From Felis catus (Eukaryota), in assembly GCF_018350175.1 (NCBI RefSeq), contig NC_058368.1:6076001-6140000 (forward strand): a DNA stretch of 64,000 bases, written 5' to 3'. Below, piece by piece: positions 1 to 11,389 of this stretch. The stretch's first letter is position 1. Each line of letters begins with the position of its first letter. Below the pieces are notes generated by a model. That model saw nothing but the letters and a program-made list of their open reading frames with translations, was not told the DNA's origin and made no database searches. A program made the translations under genes and the position numbers.

Positions 1-960
1 CACGATTAAGTCAGAGGAATATTGCCTGCTGGACGTGCATGGGCCAGATAGAGGAGACAGCTCTGGATTGGTCAGCTTGTATATATCAGAGGCATGCTCA
101 GTCTGTGTTCCTTGCTATCTCTAAGAATTGCCTAGCCCAGTAGGGCATTCTCTGCCCAGTCGGAAAGGGTTTTTAAGATCAAAATATCATAATTTACAGG
201 GGGAAACACACACACACACGCACACACACACACACACACACACACTACTGCTTTTTTAATATCATATTAAGGGAAGTTTGGGGTGATAATAGTGGAGATT
301 TTTAGAGTAGGGCATAAGTTGCCCTAAACAGCATAGAAAAAATTACAAGAGTAGAGAGGAGGAACAGAAGTGGAATACCAGTCTCCAGAGGCTGGCCCAT
401 AACTGCATTTCCCATTTACACGGCATTAGCCAAGAAAGACAGGTCTGAAATTTTGGGTTTTTCAAACAATATCCTGGGAAAATTGTATAGTTTGTCAGAA
501 AGATGCTCAGATCAAGGTGGCGGGTCTGGCAGTTATATTGTTGGAGGGTATGGAATGAAATTATTGAAGTATATATAAAAACTAGTGGTTCTGTGTGTAA
601 CCAAGGGGAAATAGTGGTTTGGTGGTCATGGTCTGAGATGCAAAGTGGGAGACTGTGGTAGGAAGCCGGAGGTGGGGAGTCGGAGAAGGCAGTGGGGGCA
701 GGGGTGTCGAAGCATTGACTAACAGGAAGCAGTCGCCTCCCGGGGAAAACAATAATCTCCATTAATTTTTAGAATGGCCCAGATACTAGTAACTTCTACC
801 AGATTTCTCTTCAGGCACAGGAATATAGGGAGGCGCATTTGAGCAGAGAGCAGGGAATATACGAGGATCACGGGCTAAGCGGACAGTGAGCCCAGAAACG
901 TAAGAGAATCCCTAATATCAAAAGAAGAAAAGCGAAACGCCTTGCGTCCTCTTTGTGTCT
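1..960 (-). mobile_element. ERV remnant: MER74/LTR53-like LTR (1-~246) preceded by internal, possibly env-derived sequence
   Basis: Minus strand reads gggctaggcaattcttagagatagcaa...ccaatccagagc, typical of this LTR group. A hydrophobic TM-like frame GQPLETGIPLLFLLSTLVIFSMLF lies just upstream of a purine tract. Confidence 0.5.
206..245 (+). repeat. (CA)n microsatellite
   Basis: Directly visible. Confidence 0.95.
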
Positions 961-2186
961 TAGGAGAGGCGGTCTGTGGGCATTGTTTGGGTGGAGATCT
1001 TAGCATCCAGGGTGAAGGATCTCTCCCACAGGGAGCGAAGTCATCTCCAGTGGTGAGTCTTGGGCAGATACCATGTCATTTGGGATGACATGTTCTCCAG
1101 CGGTGAGCTCCTGGGCCAGGGATGTGGGACTGGGGTGTTCTTCTCAAGCGGGTACTTACTGGAGGTGATGTGGGTCTCAGCGTTTGCCACCTTTGGTTGG
1201 AACAAATGTTTACTGGAGTGTAACCAAGTGAAAGCACCCAGACGGGCTGTAGTTGCCAGAACGGTGTGCAGCTGGACTCTTAACAGGGTTTTCCGTTTTG
1301 TTTTTGTTTTTGTGGAAGTTTAGATTCAAATGGGTCCCAAATCACATGACAGCGGCCTGGCCCAGGGGGCGGTCTACAGTTGATGGATCCTGGAAGAGTA
1401 TAAATCGGCTAGCTAGGAGGGAGCATTCTCTTCCCAGCCAGAAACGCTTTTGAAATGTCCAAACGTTGCAATGCAAAGAGAAATTTCCACATATATCTTA
1501 ACCCCGTTGGCACTGCATAATATAAGGTTGAAATAGCAGTAAACTTTATGTTAATAATTAAGAGCATGAATAGCAAATAAAAACCACTGTGACAAGTCAA
1601 GAGAGAGATTGCAGAAGAAAAGAGCTTTGTATTTCCTGCTTTTTGAACAGTGAACCACACGTTTTTAATTTGTACTGGGTCCAGCAAATTATGCAGCTGC
1701 CTCTGGCTTATACATTTCTGGGAGGAATGTAAACGGTATGACCATTCTGGAAAACAGTTTTGTGGTTTCTTGTAAAGGCAGCCACGCATTTACCGTGTGA
1801 CCTGGGGAGGGAAGCCGATTGAGCTAACTCGGTCACATTTGCACCCTACTGAAGAAAGTGAAAGAGATCGTATGATTGGGAGCCCTACCAGAACCACATA
1901 GAATGGAGGAAGAGTAATTCCCCCAGAAGAATGGAGAAAGGAATGCTGAGCAAGCCAAAATTAATGGAGGCAGAAAATGGATAAAGGGAGGAGGAGGGTG
2001 GTAGGAGAAGTGAGGATATTCTACTACAGATGGCGAGGCTAGAATTTAAGTTTCCCGCCCACCTCAGCGAAGCTTTTCTTCTTTGGTTCAAGCCTTCGTT
2101 AAGGCGTTATCTAGAAAAATGGCTTATTTCTGCAAAGAATTGCTTTGTAAATTACACCTGAGGCAAATAAACGTGGATTAAACATA

Positions 2187-2199
2187 TGATGATGATGAC

Positions 2200-2231
<32 letters not shown>
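2187..2231 (+). repeat. (GAT)n-(AAT)n microsatellite
   Basis: Directly visible. Confidence 0.9.
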
Positions 2232-2234
<3 letters not shown>

Positions 2235-3819
2235 TAAGGCCCCTGAAGTGCTTTTATGATTTTATGTTCCTACCCGGAAGTTTGGTTTCAAACCAGGAAA
2301 GCCAGTTGACGGATACCCAGTGACCCAGCTGTGGGACCTATCTAGAAGCTTCCAGTACTGGCCACTTGTTCACTACGGGGAGGACAAAGACAAACTGGGT
2401 ATGTAGGTGTGCCTTAGTAGACCCCAAGATGATGGAAGAAAGAGTGCCATTCTGCCCTTATTCCGTGGATGTAGCTGTTGTAACAGTCTGGCCCAAACTG
2501 AAGAGCCTCCGGTTGTAAATGTGGAGAACCAAGGTCTGTTTTGGGCACCGCCACTGGCCTTTTGGTCGACTGGGGCAAATGATTCACTTCTCTGTACTTC
2601 ATTTTCTTCCAACACAAGCATAAGTTATACCTCCTCAACCCACTGTCAAGTTGGTTTGTTATATAAATGAGTTCATAAGCATGAAATCTCTTGGCAAATG
2701 AAATTTCATAGAAAATTAAGATTACATGCTAGTTATTATTACTAGCACGAGGGAGAGGTGCTGGCGCCCTCCCTTTCCCTTCCAGATCATTGGCAATGGG
2801 AGAAGATCAAGTAAGGAGCATGACTGGATTTGGAGAATGACCTTTCAATACCTTGCTGTCCATGAAACAAGGATCAGAGAGTTTGGGGGCTCTGGCAGCT
2901 TCCTGAGAACCCAGGAAACTGCTATGAATCTGGAAGAGGCATTAGTTGCTAAAACTCAGAGATGGGATATTGCCACAGTGATACGAGGCAGCTTCTTATC
3001 TCTTTCCTCACAGCATCACTAAAACAAAACCAAAACCAAAAACGAAAACCTTTAACTGATTCCCAGAAACACAGACTTTGCTTGCAGAAAAGCTGGAGGA
3101 GACGGAGGGGGTCAGTGAGCAAGAATAAAAATAGAATGGTACATTTGGAAAGGAAAAAAAAGAGACCTCATTATCGCACTGGCAGATACTAAGAATAAAT
3201 GATGAACGAAAGTACCTCAAGGCTAAGCCAAATGGATCACAAATTGGATATGAGTCAGCAACGCAAGTCCTTTATTAGGGAAGCTCAGGCCTGAGTACAA
3301 TGTTAATAATATTTTCTGCTGATTTTTATGAAGCACTTACTATGTGCCATGGACTTTTAAGTGTATACATGCATTTAATCCCACAGGGTAGGTGTGACTG
3401 TTACTCAATTTCACCAATGGGGAGAATGATGGCCAGTAAGTTAAAGTATTTCCACAAGTCCTCCTAGCCAGTATGTGGCAAATCTGGGACTTGAGCTGGT
3501 ATCTGTCACCAAAATCCTGTTCCTAATCCCCATATTGTAAACTGACCCCCAGAGAGCTCCCTGCTCATGTAGACACAGGTTGCAGTTCTGGGCTTTGGCA
3601 AAGGGGCTCGGCAAACCTTATGAGGATTCAAAGGATAGCAGTGAAAGGAATAAGATGACTTAACTTGGAGAGGAGAAACCTAAGATATGATCCATGGCAA
3701 TGTTAACCTGTCTGGTGGCAAACCAGTCTGGGTGGTTTGGGAGAGCAGAGGAGTCAGAGTAAACCAGAATCAAACTGTGATTGTTTCTAGAAGCGACAAA
3801 CGCTGAATATCTGTGGCAG

Positions 3820-4243
3820 TCGTGAAGACGCAGCATTCAAGACAACCTGGTGTGGGCTGTGTAAGTGACTGACAGCCCCCAGGTGTCACATTTTTGGGTC
3901 TGCTCTGGCACTCAGGCAAAGGTTGCCCCGGGGCCGCCCCTAGCCGATGACCGAGCCTGAGGACGTATAAGAGCTGGGCCATTCTTGCCCAATGGGGGAC
4001 CATTCTGTCAGCCCTGACTCTCCATCTGAGAGTCTCAGAACCACCCAGTGGTCTGAAGCGTCTCCCACCCAAGCCTCCTTCTTCTCCCTTCCTTCCTTAG
4101 GGATCTTACCTAGAGCCTAGCCTGGAGGTTCTCCTCGCCTACTCCTGCTCTCTCCCCTTTAGTCTTAACAGGTGTTTCCCCAGTAGATCCCTCGTATATA
4201 ATCCTGTGTTGGTGTTCACTTCTCAGAGACCCAAACGGATACA
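3820..4243 (+). mobile_element. Solo LTR, LTR16-like (ERV-L)
   Basis: gtgactgacagcccccag...ggccattcttgcccaatggggga...cttctcagagacccaaacggataca. Confidence 0.65.
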
Positions 4244-6137
4244 ATACTGAGTGTGTAGTGAAAGGGAAATGATAACTTTGTCTTTAAAAGCAGGCATCGC
4301 AATTAGTGATTAAGAAAAAGTACAGGCTCTTGGGACCCAAAGAGGATGTGCTTAGAAGACGGTCCAATCTTCTCCTAGGCCTGAGATTCTAAGAGTCTGT
4401 ATTTGGGGTGTAAATATAACAGGTTGAATGTTCTCAGCTTATTTTATTTTTTAAAAAATTCACTGTATTATGAAAGTAAGAATTATGACCTTAAGGTATT
4501 ATCTGAACGATAATGAGAAACGCCTGAAATGACATCTTCATTGCACCTGTCACCATCTGTGATCTGAAACCTGCACTACTCTAACAGATGCTATTAAAAT
4601 GATTGCAAAAGTGAACAGCGACCAATACTCATTAGAAACAGATGGCTGCAGATCTCAGGCTTGAGCCCTCACAAACCAGCCCCGGAGCTGTCCCGAATCC
4701 CTCGAGCAGCACGACTCAGCTCAAACTTCCCCAGAGTCCTAAAGAGTCCAATAGTCCCTGGTGTAGCATTTATTTGCCCTGCACAGGTTAAAAGAGGCCT
4801 TTCCCTATACTGAGGCATCAGCCTTACAAGACCAATAGTTAGACATACTTCAGCAGTGAATATGTGGTCAAGCTTTGAATAATTCTTTGTAATTAATAAA
4901 GTAAGACATTTAAAAAAGTTACAAGGCTACAATGTCTTCCTTCTAACCAACTGTGGTGTGTGACCTTGAATAAATTGTTTAAGCCATCCAGATCACACAC
5001 ACACACAAAATTCTGTGTATGTGGCAGGTCAACATTACAAACTCATTGAAGTTGTAATTCTCACCCCCTGTTAAGGGGTTATAGTTTTTGTTTCTCATGA
5101 GGACTGGACTATTTCAGAAAATGCCTTTTCATAGGGATAGAGTACACTTCCCTTAGGTGGATGTGGTAATTCTCCCTCTCTGTATATTGAGAGTCAAGAA
5201 ACTTAAACCTCTGTTCTCACCTCAACAAACTATTTAAAGAGCTTCATGGTAATGTTACACTGAATAAGAAGGGGTTTGCTATTATCAGCTCCCAAGATAC
5301 AAACAATTCTACTATCAGACGGAATAAACACTCTTTAAGATTAAACCTGAAACCTTTTTCTTTGCAAGAAAAAAACCCCAACAATCTGAGTACAGTTAAT
5401 GGTGAGACACATTCAGAATTAAGCTGTAAATGGGCCACCCTCTTCTCTAAGGCTCTGGCAACCACTAGGTTCCTCTCCCAGTTGGCTGCGTGGCTCTAGC
5501 ACAATCAAAATGACCAGCCTGTGTGCCCGCCCTTTGGCTGGAAGGCCCTTTGCCCCCTCCTGGTGGTTGGGGAGAGAGAAAATGGAAGCAGTGAGAGATA
5601 CAAAGGCAGAGCGCACACAACCAAAGCCACCATTTATCAAACAGGGTGGCCTGATGCAGAAACTCGACCCAGTTGGGCCACTGTGGTAAGTAAACAGAAC
5701 AGCTGCGACAGGCCATTGAGGAAAGGGCAACTTGAAATTTGAGAAAGGAATCCTTGGGGCCCCTGGTTGGCTCCAGAGGTAGTGACCTCAGGGTCCTGGG
5801 TTCAAGCCCCACATTGGGGGTAGAGCTTACATTAAAAAGAAGAAGTGCAAAAGAAAAGAGAATGGCACGCTTTATAGAGTCTGAAGCACTACCATACCAC
5901 CATTCGCGATAAATTTTTTAAAATATTTTTTCGATGTCATTCTTTGTGAACTTGCAGGAATATGATTAGATTTTTCTGCTTTTGGCTGTACTCAAATCAT
6001 ATTTCAGAAACATTCTGGGTAGTGTAGATTTTGGGGGGGCTGCCCTGGGGGCATTTCCCCTCTTGCTTCCAACCACAAAAATACGGTAGCTATTGTATCT
6101 ATGGTAAATGGGTTCCAAGTTTAAAAAAAAAAAAATC

Positions 6138-6320
6138 TGGGTCACCTGAGTGGCTCAGTCTGTTAAGCGTCCAATTCTTGATTTTGGCTCAGATAATGAT
6201 CTCACAGTTCATGAAATCGAACCCCACTTTGGGCTCTGTGCTGATAGTGCAGAGCCTGCTTGGGATTCCCTCTCACCTTCTCTCTTTCTCCCAAAATAAC
6301 TAAATAAACATAAAAAAAAT
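6138..6320 (+). mobile_element. CAN-SINE (older)
   Basis: tRNA-derived head, CT tract and A tail. Confidence 0.85.
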
Positions 6321-6522
6321 CTCACAAACAAGCTTTTAATGTATAAAGTATTTGTAAGCCAGGCCTACCTATATATGAAACTTATATTCATTTCCTTATT
6401 AAATATATACTTAGTGACCTACTAGGTATGAGGCATCACACCGGGTGCTGTGGACAAATTCAAGGAGCTCACAGTTCTTTACAGAAGATGTAGTGTAAGT
6501 GAAGTGCATAATGGGGAGTGAG

Positions 6523-7474
6523 CAGGGCCATATCATTACTTTCACGGGCTCTTAGCAGCTTTGTGTTGCTGGGCCCCTTTGTCCATAAAAAGTATTAAAA
6601 TTATGTTCTACTGTTATTAAAGAGAAATATAATACAGTTTGGATTACTTGCTCTTTTTTCTCTTGTAGATTTTAAAAGAAATTAAAACATTAAAACAAAT
6701 TTTTTTAATGTTTATTTTTTAAGAGAGAGAGATGGGGCGCCTGGGTGGCTCAGTCGGTTGAGCATCGACTTCAGTTCAGATCATGATCTCGCTGTTCATG
6801 AGTTCAAGCCCTGCATCGGGCTATGTGCTGAGAGCTCAGAGCCTGGAGCCTGCTTCACATTCTGTGTCTCCCTCTCTCTCTGCCCCTCCCCCACTCGTGC
6901 TCTCTCTGCCAAAAATAAATAAACATTAAAAAAATTTTAAAAAAGAGAGAGAAAGAGAGAGAGAGACAGAATGCAAGCAGGGGAGGTGCAGAGAGAGACA
7001 GGGAGACACAGAATCCAAAGCAGGCTCCAGGAGCTGAGCTGTCAGCACAGAGACCGACACGGGGCTAGAAATCACGGACTGTGAGATCATGACCTGAGCC
7101 GAAGTTGGACGCTTAACCACCTGAGCCACCCAGACATCCCAGAAATTAAAACATTTTTGTGGGCCTTTAAAATTATCCTGGGAAGGGGCGCCTGGGTGGC
7201 GCAGTCGGTTAAGCGTCCGACTTCAGCCAGGTCACGATCTCGCGGTCCGGGAGTTCGAGCCCCGCGTCGGGCTCTGGGCTGATGGCTCAGAGCCTGGAGC
7301 CTGTTTCCGATTCTGTGTCTCCCTTTCTCTCTGCCCCTCCCCCGTTCATGCTCTGTCTCTCTCTGTCCCAAAAATAAATAAACGTTGAAAAAAAAAATTA
7401 AAAAAATAAATAAATAAAATTATCCTGGGTTGTAGACATTGTGCCTGCTGTGCTTAACGGAGACATCAGCCCTG
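6523..7474. mobile_element. Old hAT-type non-autonomous DNA transposon carrying three CAN-SINE insertions
   Basis: Terminal inverted repeats CAGGGC...GCCCTG. Contains a minus SINE (~6692-7140, TSD agaaattaaaacatt) with a nested plus SINE (~6733-6945), and a young plus SINE (7185-7414, TSD taaaattatcctggg). Confidence 0.55.
7185..7414 (+). mobile_element. Young felid CAN-SINE (SINEC_Fc type)
   Basis: ggggcgcctgggtggcgcagtcggttaagcgtccgacttcagccaggtcacgatctcgcggtcc...gttcgagccc (A/B boxes), CT tract, AATAAA and polyA; CpGs intact; 15-bp TSD. Confidence 0.95.
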
Positions 7475-8283
7475 GAGATGACAAGGTGAGGGTTTGCAGA
7501 ATTAACATTTGAGGTCAGGGTTAAAGGATACACAGGAATTAACCAGAAAGGCAAGCAGGGAAAGGCCATCACAGGGAGGAAGAATAGCATGGACGAAACC
7601 CTAAAGTGTGAAGGGCAAGGTAGAAAATGAGGTTGGTAAAGGTAGGCAGAGGATAAAATATGAAGAATCTTATATGTTGTGCCAAGAACAGGCAGGAAGT
7701 AATGGAGAACAGCTGAGGAGTGTCATGTCTAGACGTGTCTCATACAAAGATTGCACCTGAGTGATTGTAAGGCTAGGAGACCACGTTAAGAGATGAAGGC
7801 AAGGACCCGAGAAATGGGAACGAAAATGATGAGGATTCCAAGAACACGGGTTGGTCAATCGGACAGAAGTAAAGATGCAGAAGTCTGGGTTCTTATTTAT
7901 TCCTTTCTCAGCCCTTTAATTAGTGCCTGACTACCTACCCATCAGTCACACACCAAAGAAAACCAAGCAACCAACTTGGCTATGGGAAACAGGCATTTTT
8001 CCTGATCACTCTCCTGTTCATCTGATTAAACTAATTTCTCTTGACCTTTTGATTTATCTCCAGTCCCTCCTGTTCTGACACCCTATTGAAACCCAGTTCT
8101 CCATCTCTAAGGGGTATCAGTGCATTGGTCACAATTTTGTACTTGACCTCTGATTCTTTGCATCCACAGCTATGACTATAAGGTACGCCTGCTGCCCATT
8201 CTGACCCCTCGGGCCCATCCTAGCCAAGCCAGTCCCACCTGACCTCCACACAGGGAAAAGGGATCAGACTTTTCTGCCTTAAA

Positions 8284-8985
8284 TGAACCGGTGAATGGTT
8301 AGAGGTGATAGAGTAGGCAGTCAGTTAGCTAGGTGTGAGCAGGGAACAGGCATGTGTTTTCTGTTTAGAGAGGAGGAAACCAAGTTTCAGAGAGCTGGCA
8401 AACCCCGGGGGGAGGGGGGAATGCTCTCTTCCCTAGGATCACTACCCTTCAGTGACCTATGGCTTCCTTATGATACATTTACGCTGCCGTTCTGACCCCT
8501 ACCCCCTTGTGGGGGGATGGCTGCCACGACAGTTCTGACAGGCACCATACAGGGCCCAAAACCCCCACTCCTGTTGGTAGGAGGAGTCCCTTAGGAGACC
8601 TCAGAGGCCACACCGGCTATGACCCATAACCTATTCAAACATAAAAAGACGACCCCAAACCCTGATGTGTAGCCACCTCTGGACCTGCCTGCTCTCCCAT
8701 CTCGAGAGTGTACTTTTGCTTTAGCTGCTATTTTTAAAAATTTTTTTTCATGTTTATTTTTGAGAAACAGAGTTGAGGGGGGGAGGGAGACACAGAATCG
8801 GAAGCGGGCTCCAGGCTGTCAGCAGAGGGCTTGAACCCACGAGCCGTGAGATCATGACCCGAGCCAAAGTCAGAGGCTTAACCCACTGAGCCACCCAGGC
8901 GCCCCTTGCTGTAGCTGCTATTAAACAGCTGCTTAAGAGTTTGGCTCTGAGTTCTTTCTTGGCCAAACTCAAGAACCCAGGCCAG
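8284..8985 (+). mobile_element. Solo LTR (ERV1-like), interrupted by an antisense CAN-SINE at 8733-8905
   Basis: TATA-like cataaaaag, then ctcgagagtgtacttttgct...attaaa...gagttctttcttggccaaactcaagaacc (LTR R/U5 signature). The SINE is flanked by a ~17-bp duplication ttgct(t/g)tagctgctatt. Confidence 0.6.
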
Positions 8986-9134
8986 GGAATGGCATTGACT
9001 GAGCTCAGAAAAGAGGGTGAGGAACAGTTTGACGGAAAAGGATTACTACTTCAGTTCTAGACGTGTTGGCTCTGAGGTTCCAAAGAGGCAGCCTGGTAGA
9101 CATTAACCAAAGCAGCCACAAATATGATCCTAGC

Positions 9135-9340
9135 GGGGCGCCTGGGTGGCTCAGTCAGTTTAAGCGTCTGGCTCTTGGTTTCGGCCCAGGTCACGATGTT
9201 TGTGAGTTCGAGCCCCGCATCAGGCTCTGTGCTGACCGTGCAGAGCCTGCTTAGGATTCTCTCTCTCCCCCTCTCCTCTGCCCCTCCCCTGCTCACACTG
9301 TCTCTGTCTCTCTCAAAAATAAACAAACTTAAAAAAAAAC
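9135..9340 (+). mobile_element. CAN-SINE
   Basis: ggggcgcctgggtggctcagtcagtttaagcgtc head and polyA tail. Confidence 0.9.
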
Positions 9341-9387
9341 GTGGTCCTAGAATTCAGGAGAATGTTCTGAGCTAGAGATAGAGATGT

Positions 9388-9904
9388 GTGTGAGGAATTC
9401 ACATAGTGGGCCTTAGGCTATCCTCAGAAAGGCCTTTGTGAAAGACGGACCCTTAGCTGGCGTCTAGGCACTTGATTTGGGGAGTGTTTCCACCATCCCC
9501 CTACTGAAAGAAGTGTCTCAACGTGCCTAAACCGCAAATAATGTGGTTCATGCTGAACACTTGCTTTCCTTCTGGGAGTCTGGGATTTTGGTACATGCCA
9601 GGCAGAGGTGCCTACATGACCGGCCCCCAATAAAAATCTTGGGCACTGAGTCTGTAATGAGCTTCCTTAACAACAACACTTCTTCCATGTCCCATTTGGT
9701 GCTGGAGGAATGTGTGTCTTGTAGGACTGCACTGGGATAGGACTCTTGGAAGCTTGACTGGTTTCATCCAGACTTCACCCCATGTCCCTTTGCCCTTTGT
9801 CTCCTTTCCTTATAATAAATCTTAGCTGTGAGCACAACTATATACTCAGTCCCATGAGTCCTAGCCAACCACTGACCTGGAGGTGGTCTTGGGATCTTCA
9901 AACA
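9388..9904 (+). mobile_element. Solo LTR, MER68-like
   Basis: gctatcctcagaaaggcc...ggcagaggtgcctacatgaccggcccccaataaaaatcttgggcactgagtct...ggactcttggaagcttg...aataaatcttagctgtgag...ggtggtcttggga. Confidence 0.7.
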
Positions 9905-10212
9905 GAGAGTTATCAGGAACATTAGGTGCTTCAATGATGGGACTGAAAATATAATTAAACCGCTCCCAATCTACGTGCTTGTGCTGGACTGGCCACGTGA
10001 CCTGACCGCAACTGATCAGAGTGGAATGGTCACTCTGCATCACCCTTTGGACAAAAATGAAGAAGCCTCCTTCCTATTGTAAAACACACTGTCTGAAAGG
10101 CAGCAAAGGGACAATGGCAACATTCAAAGGAAGATTAAAGAAAGCCCCCAAACCACACCAGAAGTAAAATCTATTTAGCTAAGCAATAGAAGCATCCTTT
10201 TAACAAAATACT

Positions 10213-10214
10213 GA

Positions 10215-10262
<48 letters not shown>

Positions 10263-10420
10263 ACAAAAGAAAGAAAGAAGGAAAAGAAAAGAAAAGAAAA
10301 GAAAAGAAAAGAAAAAAGAGAAAGAAAAGGAAAGAAAAGAAAAAAGAGAAAAGAAAGAAAGAGAAAAAAAAGGAAGGAAACAAAGAAAAAAGAGAAAAGA
10401 AAGAAAAGGAAAGAAAAGGA

Positions 10421-10492
<72 letters not shown>

Positions 10493-10528
10493 AAATAAAA
10501 GACAGAAAAAAAGAAAGAAAAAGAAAAG
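10213..10528 (+). repeat. Complex (GAAA)n/(GAAAA)n polypurine microsatellite, ~315 bp
   Basis: Directly visible; almost no pyrimidines. Confidence 0.97.
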
Positions 10529-11170
10529 CCCTAAAGGTGTTGTAAGGGTCATGACTATTCCCTCTAGTAAATCAAGAACAATACAAGACTTGTGGTGTTT
10601 GAGACGAGACCCCAAATGAAACTGTTAAGGAGCTTTTAAGGAGTTTTAAGGAGCTTTTTAAGGAGTTTTAAGGCACTTGTCCAAAAAGCCCCTAACCTAT
10701 TGTACAGAGACCTGTTCAACATCATGGCAGTTCCTGAACCAAGGATTCACATCAAAGTGCTAAGATCAAAACTGTTCACTAGCATCCTCTCAAACCTTCG
10801 AGCCCCTGCCACTCACCCCCACCACCAGTACGGAAATTCTCGCTGGATATCTTTCTGAAAGTGGCCCTAATTCAGGATTAGGCCAGCCAAATTGGCTGAC
10901 CAAACAACTTAGTCTACATCCAGATAAGAGAGTCAACAAAGAGATGCTTACAAGTCTCATTATTTCTATCATTCATCCTTCTAAGCTTGCTCAGCAAGAT
11001 GTGTGCACATTCTATACTAGTAATCAGTGTAATCAGTGACGCTTCTTTCCCCCTTTTTTGTTTGATCTTTATTCCACTTCACTCTATCAGGTAGATAGGA
11101 GCCACATTTACCATTTATCCCATAAGCTGGATGGTAAGAAGTCACAATGAATCAAATCCAATCTAATGGA

Positions 11171-11389
11171 GGGGTGCCTGGGTGGCTCAGTCGGTTAAGC
11201 GTCCGACTTCAGCTCAGGTCATGATCTCGTGGTCCATGAGTTCGAGCCCCGCGTCGGGCTCTGTGCTGACCGCTCAGAGCCTGGAGCCTGTTTCAGATTC
11301 TGTGTCTCCCTCTCTCTCTGACCCTCCCCCATTCATGCTCTGTCTCTGTCTCAAAAATAAATAAATGTTAAAAAAAAAAATTAAAAAAA
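11171..11389 (+). mobile_element. CAN-SINE
   Basis: Full-length, flanked by TSD aaatccaatctaatgga. Confidence 0.93.

Noticed and set aside
7185..7270. tRNA-like A/B box sequences
   Set aside because: These are the tRNA-derived heads of CAN-SINEs (CT tract, polyA and TSD follow), not tRNA genes.
7087..7371. Recurring ORFs such as GAPGWRSRLSVRLQPGHDLAVREFEPR and MAQSVKRPTSAQV in many places
   Set aside because: Translations of CAN-SINE copies, not a gene family.
10171..10615. Phe/Leu/Ser-rich ORFs resembling membrane proteins
   Set aside because: Translation of the (TTTC)n microsatellite.
10625..10673. Short repeat array considered as CRISPR-like or telomeric
   Set aside because: No unique spacers, unit too short, not TTAGGG, eukaryotic context; it is a simple slippage repeat.
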